From Desulfuromonadales bacterium (lineage in GTDB: Bacteria > Desulfobacterota > Desulfuromonadia > Desulfuromonadales > Syntrophotaleaceae), in assembly GCA_003561875.1 (NCBI GenBank), contig PWVL01000075.1, forward strand, positions 2,042 through 66,041: DNA of 64,000 bases, in the 5' to 3' direction. The position numbers were made by a program, and so were the translations under genes. Numbering within the stretch: the first letter of the stretch is position 1; every line of letters begins with the position of its first letter. The notes beneath the pieces were generated by a model. The model saw only the letters and a program-made list of their open reading frames with translations. It ran no database searches and was not told the DNA's origin. Positions 57,769 to 64,000 of the stretch are shown here, one piece after another.

Positions 57769-59499
57769 ATGAACAAAATTTACCGCGTCAACATGAAGGA
57801 CCTTACCTGCAAGATCGAAGAAGTTCCGGCCGCCTGGGCCGGCCTCGGTGGCCGTGGACTGACCTCCACCATTGTCGCGGCCGAAGTACCCCCGACCTGC
57901 CATCCCCTCGGCCCCAACAACAAGCTGGTTTTCGCTCCCGGCCTGCTGGCTGGCACAGCGGCATCCCAGTCCGGCCGTATGTCCGCCGGCGCCAAGAGCC
58001 CCCTGACCGGCACCATCAAGGAATCCAACGCCGGCGGCACCAGTGCTCAGAGTTTTGCCAAACTCGGCATCAAGGCCATGATCATCGAAGGTCAGCCGGC
58101 CGAAGGCAAGTTGTACGAGCTGCACGTCAACAACGACGGCGTCACCTTCCATGACGCTTCCGCCCTCAAAGGCAAGCAGAATTTCGACGTCGTCGACGCC
58201 ATGAACGCCAAGTACAGCCCGAAAATCGGCGTTGTTACTATCGGTGTTCCCGGCGAAGAGCGGATGAAGGCTGCCAACATCTCCGTCAAAGACCCTGACC
58301 AGAAACTTCGCAGCCACGGCCGCGGCGGACTCGGCGCCGTCATGGGCTCTAAAGGTGTCAAGGTTATCACCATCGACGACAGCGCCGGCAGCAAGGTCGA
58401 GATTGCCGATCCCGAGAAGTTCCGCGCCGCCGCCAAGGTCTTCGCCAAAGCCATGCTCGACCACCCTGTCACCGGCGAAGGACTGCCCATCTACGGCACC
58501 ACCGTTCTGATCAACATCATCAACGAAGCTGGCGGCCTGCCCACCAAAAACTTCCGCTACGGCACCTGCGAGCATCACGACAAGGTGTCCGGCGAAACCT
58601 TGCATGACGTCATCGCCGGCCGCGGAGGCAGCACCAAGCACGGCTGCCATCCTGGCTGCATCATTCAGTGTTCCCAGGTGTATGTTGACGAAAACAAGGA
58701 ATACATCACCTCCGGTTTTGAATACGAAACCATCTGGGGCCTGGGTATCAACTGTATGATCGAAGATCTCGACGACTGCGCCCGCATCGACAACGCCATG
58801 GACAACATCGGCATCGACTCCATCGAAGGTGCCGTCATTCTCGGCACTGCCATGGAAGCCGGCATGATTCCCTGGGGCGACGGCAAGGAGTGTCTCCGCG
58901 TCATGAACGAGGAAATCGGCAAAGCCACTCCTTTTGGCCGCATTCTCGGCAACGGTACCAAGTCCGTTGGCGACGCTTACGGGCTGACCCGCGTTGCCGT
59001 TGTCAAGGGACAGGCCATCCCGGCTTACGATCCCCGCACTATTAAAGGTATCGGCGTCACCTACGCCATGTCCACCATGGGTGCCGACCACACTGCCGGC
59101 TACGCCATTGCCACCAACATTCTGCAGGTTGGCGGACATGTCGACCCGCTGAAAAAAGACGGACAGGTAGAGCTTTCCCGCAACCTGTGCATCGCTACCG
59201 CCGCGGTGGACAGCACTGGCATGTGCATCTTCGTGGCCTTCCCGGCCCTGGACATCGCCGAGTGTCTGCCGTCTCTCATCGACATGATCAACGCCCGCTA
59301 CGGCATCAACCTGAGCGGTGACGACGTGACTGAACTCGGCAAAACCATCATGAAGACGGAAAAAGCCTTCAACGATGCGGCCGGTTTCAGCAAAGCCGAC
59401 GACCGTCTCCCCGAGTTCTTCGAGTATGAGCCGCTGCCGCCCCACAACCTGGTTTGGGACTTCACCGGCGAAGAACTCGACGAGTTCTGGAACTTCTAA
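57769..59499 (+). CDS. aor: Aldehyde:ferredoxin oxidoreductase (tungstopterin AOR family)
   Basis: MNKIYRVNMKDLTCKIEEVP...LGGRGLTS...GAKSPLTG...RGGLGAVMGSKGVKVI. 576 aa, with GGGAGG 11 nt upstream of ATG 57769. Confidence 0.93.
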   Translation: MNKIYRVNMKDLTCKIEEVPAAWAGLGGRGLTSTIVAAEVPPTCHPLGPNNKLVFAPGLLAGTAASQSGRMSAGAKSPLTGTIKESNAGGTSAQSFAKLGIKAMIIEGQPAEGKLYELHVNNDGVTFHDASALKGKQNFDVVDAMNAKYSPKIGVVTIGVPGEERMKAANISVKDPDQKLRSHGRGGLGAVMGSKGVKVITIDDSAGSKVEIADPEKFRAAAKVFAKAMLDHPVTGEGLPIYGTTVLINIINEAGGLPTKNFRYGTCEHHDKVSGETLHDVIAGRGGSTKHGCHPGCIIQCSQVYVDENKEYITSGFEYETIWGLGINCMIEDLDDCARIDNAMDNIGIDSIEGAVILGTAMEAGMIPWGDGKECLRVMNEEIGKATPFGRILGNGTKSVGDAYGLTRVAVVKGQAIPAYDPRTIKGIGVTYAMSTMGADHTAGYAIATNILQVGGHVDPLKKDGQVELSRNLCIATAAVDSTGMCIFVAFPALDIAECLPSLIDMINARYGINLSGDDVTELGKTIMKTEKAFNDAAGFSKADDRLPEFFEYEPLPPHNLVWDFTGEELDEFWNF

Positions 59500-59527
59500 G
59501 AACTTTTCAGACCAGCTTGGCAGAACC

Positions 59528-59563
59528 GTTGTGGGCACCCGTTGCGGGTGCCCACAACTTTTT
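59528..59563 (+). terminator. Strong intrinsic terminator between aor and the moaD-like gene
   Basis: GTTGTGGGCACCCG-ttg-CGGGTGCCCACAAC (14 bp) followed by TTTTT. Confidence 0.8.
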
Positions 59564-59601
59564 GTACTCAAACGTTCCATCCTATTCGAGGCCTGCAGTC
59601 C

Positions 59602-59826
59602 ATGAAGATTACCGTGAAACTTTTTGCCGGATTTCGCAATGACCGTTTCAAGGTAGACGACCTGGAATTTCCGGAGAACGCTACCGTCGCTGACGTCCTT
59701 GGCGCCTTAAAGATCAACGAGCCTGAACTCGGGGTCGCCATGATCAACGGGCGTCATGTTGCCAAGGATCAAGTTTTGAAAGGCGGAGAGACCTTGTCCC
59801 TGTTCCCAAAGGTTGGTGGCGGCTGA
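59602..59826 (+). CDS. MoaD/ThiS-family sulfur-carrier protein
   Basis: 74 aa, MKITVKLFAGFR...GGETLSLFPKVGGG, with the beta-grasp pattern and a C-terminal Gly-Gly. Confidence 0.8.
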   Translation: MKITVKLFAGFRNDRFKVDDLEFPENATVADVLGALKINEPELGVAMINGRHVAKDQVLKGGETLSLFPKVGGG

Positions 59827-59954
59827 CAAGCAACCGGCTTTCCCCGACACACCGGTACTTCAACCTGGAGCTGTAATCCGGGTTGTGTCACCAGAGTCAA
59901 CAATGAAAAATCTCTACCGGATGACGTCGACTTTTTTTTATTGATACTCTATAC

Positions 59955-60248
59955 GATCCGTCGGTGCCCTTGGGGCTTAAACGGGAAGAGGGGTGAAATT
60001 CCCCCGCGGACCCGCCACTGTAAGCGCGGACAACGGACCATAAAGCCACTGGCCTCAGCCGGGAAGGCGGTCCTGCGGACGATGCGCAAGCCAGAAGACC
60101 TGCCGAATCGGATCCCCCACATCATCTTCCCCGGGTTTTGGGAAGGTGGGCTGAGGCGGACCAGAACCACATCCCTTTTTTTCGGGGACGTTGCTTTTCG
60201 AGTTCCTCTTTGTGCCTACCCCCGCCTGGGCACAAAGAGGAGCTTTTT
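59955..60248 (+). promoter_or_regulatory. Cobalamin (B12) riboswitch with expression platform
   Basis: P1 GAUCCG (59955-59960) pairs with CGGAUC (60109-60114). Conserved GGUGCC, AAACGGGAAG, GGUGAAAUUCC, GCCACUGU and GGGAAGGC blocks, plus the B12 box AGCCAGAAGACCUGCC (60089-60104). A 12-bp hairpin CCUCUUUGUGCC/GGCACAAAGAGG (60205-60240) followed by U5 masks the AAGAGGAG Shine-Dalgarno of the receptor gene. Confidence 0.9.
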
Positions 60249-62201
60249 ATGCACAAAGTTCTTGTTGTGACCCTGGCTGTCCTGCTGCTGCAGGTAAGAT
60301 TTTGCTGGTCTCAATCCCTCCCGTCTCTTGAACCGGTTGTCGTCAGCGCCACTAAACTTGAGACACCCCTTGGAGAAACCTCCCGCTCCGTTACCATTAT
60401 TGACAAACAGCAGATCAGGGAGCGCCAATACGCTACGGTACAGGATGCACTGCGCAGCGTTCCGGGACTGGACGTTGTCCGAGCCGGTGGTCCCGGACAG
60501 CAGACTTCGGTTTTTTTACGGGGCGCCAATTCGGAACACACCCTGGTGCTGGTGGACGGCATTCCGGTGAATGACCCTGTATCCCCCTCCCGTTTCTTCA
60601 ACTTTGCCGATCTGACCACCGATAGTGTGGAGCGCATCGAGATTGTTCGTGGACCCGGCAGCGCCGTGCACGGATCGGACGCCCTGGGCGGCGTGGTCCA
60701 CATCCTTACCCGCAAGGGACAGGGTCCGCCACGGGTGTCTCTGACGGTGGAAGGCGGCGCCTACGACACCCACCGGCATCGGTTAAGCATCAGCGGCGGA
60801 ACCTCCCTGGTGAACTATGCTCTGGCCGCCTCCTACGCTCACAGCGAAGGTTTCAGCGCCGCTCGGCGCAAAGATGGCAACCGGGAGAGAGACGGGCAGG
60901 AAACCGTTGCCCTATCGACCCGTATCGGCTTCACGCCCATGGAGCCATTCGCTGTCGATGTGATTCTGCGTTATACGGACAGCGATACGGATCTGGACAA
61001 TTCCGGCGGTCCCGGCGGCGATGATCCCAATTTCACCCTGACCAACCGTTCGCTGTTTTTTCGCGCTCAGTCCCGCCTGGCCCTGTTCAATGAGCGATGG
61101 GAACAGACTCTGGGCTTTGCTCTCGCAGATTACGATCGCAAGAGCAAAGACGATACCGACCCGTTTCGGCCTTTCGATTCCTCCCGCAGTCGCTATGAAG
61201 GTTATCTGCATAAAATCGACTGGCAGCACAACCTGTTCCTGTCGGAAATCCACACTCTGACCCTGGGCCTTGAGTACCAGCGGGAAACGGCCAGACAAAA
61301 GGACCGAAGAACCTTTGAGGACTGGTTGGCTCCGGGCACCGCCGCATCGTCCTCCTCCCGCCTGGAAAAACGGTCGGCCCGCACCCTCAGTTATTACCTG
61401 CAGGATCAGATTCGATGGTGGGATGGCTTTTTTACCACCCTGGGGCTGCGCCTCAGCGACCACGACCGCTTCGGCAGCCGAACCACCTGGCAGGTCGCTT
61501 CAAGCTATCGGATTCCTGCCAGCGGCACCCTGTTGCGCGGATCCTACGGCACCGGTTTCAAGGCACCGTCGCTGCTGCAGCTCTACGATCCGGTTTTTGG
61601 CGGCAACCGGGAACTCCGGCCGGAGAAGAGCACAGGCTGGGATGTGGGGCTGGAACAGCCGCTGTGGTCCAATCGGCTTTCCCTCAGCGCAACCTATTTT
61701 GCCAATGACTTCAGGGATCTGATCGTCAACAATTTTGACCCAGTGATTTTTGATTTTGTTTATGAAAATGTCGGCAAAGCCAGGTCCCAAGGGGTGGAGT
61801 TCGTCGCCAGTGGTTACCTGTCCACCAACCTGACGGTACGATTGGGCTATACCTACACCGAAACGGAAAACCGGGAGACACAAAGAAGCCTGCTGCGTCG
61901 TCCTCGCCATAAATTCGCCGTTGACCTGGATTACCGTTTTCTAGAAAGGGGTAACCTGAATCTGAATGTGATCTGTGTAGGACCCCGCTCCGATGTGTTT
62001 TTCAACAACGAAACCTTTGCAAGCGGTCGCACCCGACTGCCCGGCTATGCACTGGTCAACCTCGCCGGTTTTTTTCAAATGACCGAAGGACTGCGCCTTT
62101 TTGGACGCGTTGAGAACCTGCTGGATAAGGACTATGTGGAAGTCTGGGGTTACGGCACGTCCGGCATCGCTGGCTATGCCGGAGCCGAGTTTACCTTCTG
62201 A
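60249..62201 (+). CDS. btuB: TonB-dependent outer-membrane receptor, BtuB-like
   Basis: Signal peptide, TonB box (EPVVVSATKLE), plug motifs (RGANSEHTLVLVDGIPVND, IEIVRGPGSAVHGSDALGGVVHI) and a terminal ...AGAEFTF. Directly preceded by the cobalamin riboswitch. Confidence 0.88.
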   Translation: MHKVLVVTLAVLLLQVRFCWSQSLPSLEPVVVSATKLETPLGETSRSVTIIDKQQIRERQYATVQDALRSVPGLDVVRAGGPGQQTSVFLRGANSEHTLVLVDGIPVNDPVSPSRFFNFADLTTDSVERIEIVRGPGSAVHGSDALGGVVHILTRKGQGPPRVSLTVEGGAYDTHRHRLSISGGTSLVNYALAASYAHSEGFSAARRKDGNRERDGQETVALSTRIGFTPMEPFAVDVILRYTDSDTDLDNSGGPGGDDPNFTLTNRSLFFRAQSRLALFNERWEQTLGFALADYDRKSKDDTDPFRPFDSSRSRYEGYLHKIDWQHNLFLSEIHTLTLGLEYQRETARQKDRRTFEDWLAPGTAASSSSRLEKRSARTLSYYLQDQIRWWDGFFTTLGLRLSDHDRFGSRTTWQVASSYRIPASGTLLRGSYGTGFKAPSLLQLYDPVFGGNRELRPEKSTGWDVGLEQPLWSNRLSLSATYFANDFRDLIVNNFDPVIFDFVYENVGKARSQGVEFVASGYLSTNLTVRLGYTYTETENRETQRSLLRRPRHKFAVDLDYRFLERGNLNLNVICVGPRSDVFFNNETFASGRTRLPGYALVNLAGFFQMTEGLRLFGRVENLLDKDYVEVWGYGTSGIAGYAGAEFTF

Positions 62202-62230
62202 GAAGAATCTGCTAGTCTGCCCTTTGAATG

Positions 62231-62262
62231 CGCTTCCCGTACTGAATTCAGTACGGGAAGCG
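62231..62262. repeat. Perfect 32-nt palindrome (14-bp hairpin) between the receptor gene and tonB
   Basis: CGCTTCCCGTACTG-AATT-CAGTACGGGAAGCG. Only TT follows on the plus strand. Confidence 0.85.
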
Positions 62263-62274
62263 TTCCTGCAACCA

Positions 62275-63102
62275 ATGGCCCGGTTCGCGATGAAGCCGGC
62301 CGCCACGGGATTCGCGATGGTTGGTAAAAGCCCCGCAATTTTCTGGATGGTGCTTTCATTAGCCCTGCATCTTGTCGGCCTGGCCTTTTGGCCGTCCTCT
62401 AGGAACCATGTGACGCCGCAGCCCGGCTACCTCCTTGTGGAAAGGTGGGACAGATCCGGCGACATCACATCCCCCTCCACAGCTGACGATCCGGCTTCGG
62501 AAAAAACTCCGGGGTTGCCAGCCGTTACCAATCCCTCGCAACAGAAAACGCGCCGTGCCCTGCCCGAAAATCCGCCGGCCATGTCAACCGACAGCCGGCC
62601 TTCGGTGGAACTAAGCAGGGGGAACGCACCTTCCCAGGTTGCGACTGTTACCGAACCCCTCTCGCAAGACCCCCGCCCGGATACGGCGCAAGACGGCCTT
62701 TACAAATCGGCTCCGCCGGGTCCCGAGGAACCTGCCGATACGCAATCGTCAACCGCCGCTTCGACCGAAAACGGCAAAATGGCTGCGATTCCGCAAACTG
62801 CCCGCCGACTTGAGGACGGTGCCGGGGCCTCTTCCCCCCCGGTCTACGCCAGCAACCCGGCGCCCGGTTATCCGGCTCTCGCCCGACGGAAGGGATGGGA
62901 AGGGAATGTTTTGCTGCTGGTGGACGTCTCGGCCCGCGGCCGGGTTTCCCGGGTCTCGGTTCTGCAATCATCGGGATACGAGCTGTTGGATCAGGCGGCA
63001 AGCCAGGCCGTTTACCGGTGGCGTTTCCAGCCGGCCAGCCTGGATAACAGGACGATTCCGGGCAAGGTCAAAGTACCGATTCACTTCAGTTTGAAAAATT
63101 GA
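62275..63102 (+). CDS. tonB: TonB-family energy transducer
   Basis: N-terminal TM segment (IFWMVLSLALHLVGLAFW), a Pro/Ser-rich spacer and a C-terminal TonB domain (YPALARRKGWEGNVLLLVDVSARGRVSRVSVLQSSGYELLDQAASQAVYRWRFQPA). The start could be ATG 62275, 62290 or 62317. Confidence 0.85.
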   Translation: MARFAMKPAATGFAMVGKSPAIFWMVLSLALHLVGLAFWPSSRNHVTPQPGYLLVERWDRSGDITSPSTADDPASEKTPGLPAVTNPSQQKTRRALPENPPAMSTDSRPSVELSRGNAPSQVATVTEPLSQDPRPDTAQDGLYKSAPPGPEEPADTQSSTAASTENGKMAAIPQTARRLEDGAGASSPPVYASNPAPGYPALARRKGWEGNVLLLVDVSARGRVSRVSVLQSSGYELLDQAASQAVYRWRFQPASLDNRTIPGKVKVPIHFSLKN

Positions 63103-63175
63103 ACAACCAACCCGGCCAGAAAAAAAGGCAACCCGAAGGTCGCCCCGTACAAAAGCAGGGAAGGCCGCAACGGCT

Positions 63176-63658
63176 TCAGAAAATGGCAGCAAGACGCTGG
63201 TAGGCTTTTTCCAGACGCCGACAAGAAGCCCGCAGAACGCTTTCCAGAACCTTGGCCCCAAGATCCGCATGCTCCTCCAGCAAGGCATCAAAACGGGACC
63301 GGGTCAGGATTGCCAGCTCGCAGGGCTCCAAGGCTGATGCGGTCAGAGCCCGGAGGCCTTTGCAAGAGAAGGCGACCTCACCCAGAACGGATCCCGTGGA
63401 AAAAATTCCGACCACAACCGCCGAACTGCCGAACTCGGTATTTTTTTTCATCTGAATCCGGCCCGAAAGGATAAAGGCCAGATAATCGCTGTCGTCCTCT
63501 TCCTGCCACAAGAGTTCACCGGCCGCTACGGTGCTGAAACTCAAATACTCGGCCAAAAGCACTTCCTGTTTTGCGGTGAGCTGGTGAAAAACCGGCAGTT
63601 TGTTCCGCAGGGAAGCCAACAATGCGGTATCGACAACAACGTCGGCTCCGACGGTCAT
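63176..63658 (-). CDS. Stand-alone cyclic-nucleotide-binding-domain (CAP_ED-like) protein
   Basis: 160 aa with FHQLTAKQEVLLAEYL...GELLWQEEDDSDYLAFILSGRIQM...GSVLGEVAF...ASALEPCELAIL. The phosphate-binding cassette lacks the canonical R[ST]A. 4-nt overlap with the upstream mlaC-like gene. Confidence 0.75.
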   Translation of the reverse strand: MTVGADVVVDTALLASLRNKLPVFHQLTAKQEVLLAEYLSFSTVAAGELLWQEEDDSDYLAFILSGRIQMKKNTEFGSSAVVVGIFSTGSVLGEVAFSCKGLRALTASALEPCELAILTRSRFDALLEEHADLGAKVLESVLRASCRRLEKAYQRLAAIF

Positions 63659-64000
63659 AGCACTTCCCTCTCTGCGGGTTTGGTCCCGTCTTTCTCGGCC
63701 AACTCCCGAAGGCGTTCTTCCATGCGCGACAGCAATCCCTCAAAACCTTCGTTACGAATAATCTGGGCGTAACTGCTGCGATAATTACTGACCAGACTGA
63801 CCTCTTCTATAATCACGTCGAAAACCAGCCACTCGTCTCCCCGCAACCGCATTCTGTAGGCAACAGGAATGTTCTTATCGGCCACAATGACGGTCTGCAC
63901 CTCGGCCCGACTGCCCAGAATCCGCTCACCCACATACTCGACGTATTCGTCTTCGTAGGTGTAGGCCGCCACCCGCCCCCGGTAGGTATCTTCCAGCAAC
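63655..64000 (-). CDS. MlaC/Ttg2D-family phospholipid-binding protein (5' part outside the window)
   Basis: The C-terminal region ...VAYRMRLRGDEWLVFDVIIEEVSLVSNYRSSYAQIIRNEGFEGLLSRMEERL matches the MlaC signature (W.v.Dv..EGVSLv..YR..f...i...G.dgLi). The reading frame is open to the window edge. Confidence 0.7.
   Translation of the reverse strand, partial: LLEDTYRGRVAAYTYEDEYVEYVGERILGSRAEVQTVIVADKNIPVAYRMRLRGDEWLVFDVIIEEVSLVSNYRSSYAQIIRNEGFEGLLSRMEERLRELAEKDGTKPAEREVL

Noticed and set aside
57634-59580. 648-aa minus-strand ORF, the longest in this part of the track
   Set aside because: It lies exactly antisense to the well-supported aor gene. The translation is Gly/Ala/Val/Asp-rich low-complexity sequence with no motifs. 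This is a typical GC-rich shadow ORF.
1-64000. CRISPR arrays, transposases or IS elements, integrases, prophage genes, tRNA or rRNA genes, toxin-antitoxin or known defence-system genes
   Set aside because: I scanned the ORF products and intergenic regions. There are no repeat-spacer arrays, no DDE or tyrosine-recombinase-like products, no tRNA-like T-arm/acceptor combinations and no rRNA. The window looks like core chromosome.

Overview
GC-rich chromosomal segment with dense, mostly housekeeping gene content. The gene order recO-glyQ-glyS-ppdK, a sigma-54 enhancer-binding regulator, a tungsten-type aldehyde:ferredoxin oxidoreductase and several radical SAM enzymes suggest a Desulfuromonadales-like (Geobacter/Desulfuromonas/Pelobacter-type) deltaproteobacterium. 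That placement is inference only.

Main blocks:
- 1-18.9 kb: rhomboid protease, ppdK, glyS/glyQ, recO, a RumA-type rRNA methyltransferase, a cold-shock protein, an OmpA-family protein, xthA, recQ, msrB and an omptin-like barrel.
- 19.2-31.4 kb: a complete 12-gene type II secretion operon, gspCDEFGHIJKLMN.
- 31.5-46.6 kb: lon, trpS, prfC, small proteins, a transporter, a disrupted DUF1847 gene, a HAD hydrolase, a degenerate GGDEF protein, nnr and a YgiM-like SH3 protein.
- 47.2-50.6 kb: a histidine kinase / lipoprotein / sigma-54 response-regulator module.
- 50.6-63.1 kb: two divergent radical SAM genes (one B12-binding), a BtuFCD-type ABC importer, a Moco/Tuco-type riboswitch + aor + moaD-like gene, and a cobalamin riboswitch + TonB-dependent receptor + tonB.
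- Right edge: a cNMP-binding-domain protein coupled to a partial mlaC-like gene.

I found no rRNA, tRNA, CRISPR array, transposase, integrase or phage genes. Many long ORFs in the track are antisense shadows of real genes, which is typical of high GC.

I do not see a clear-cut novel multi-gene system such as a defence island. The most interesting unexplained signals are:
1. A promoter, a 45-codon uORF ending Trp-Trp-Arg-stop, and an intrinsic terminator immediately upstream of trpS.
2. An in-frame TGA at what I recall as a conserved Cys position of the DUF1847 gene, with homology continuing downstream (pseudogene versus selenocysteine).
3. A near-consensus sigma-54 promoter between the response regulator and a small-peptide/SH3 operon.
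4. An orphan terminator and promoter in the 0.5 kb gap upstream of prfC.
5. A divergent pair of uncharacterised radical SAM genes next to cobalamin-uptake genes.

All RNA structures were folded by eye and need computational confirmation.
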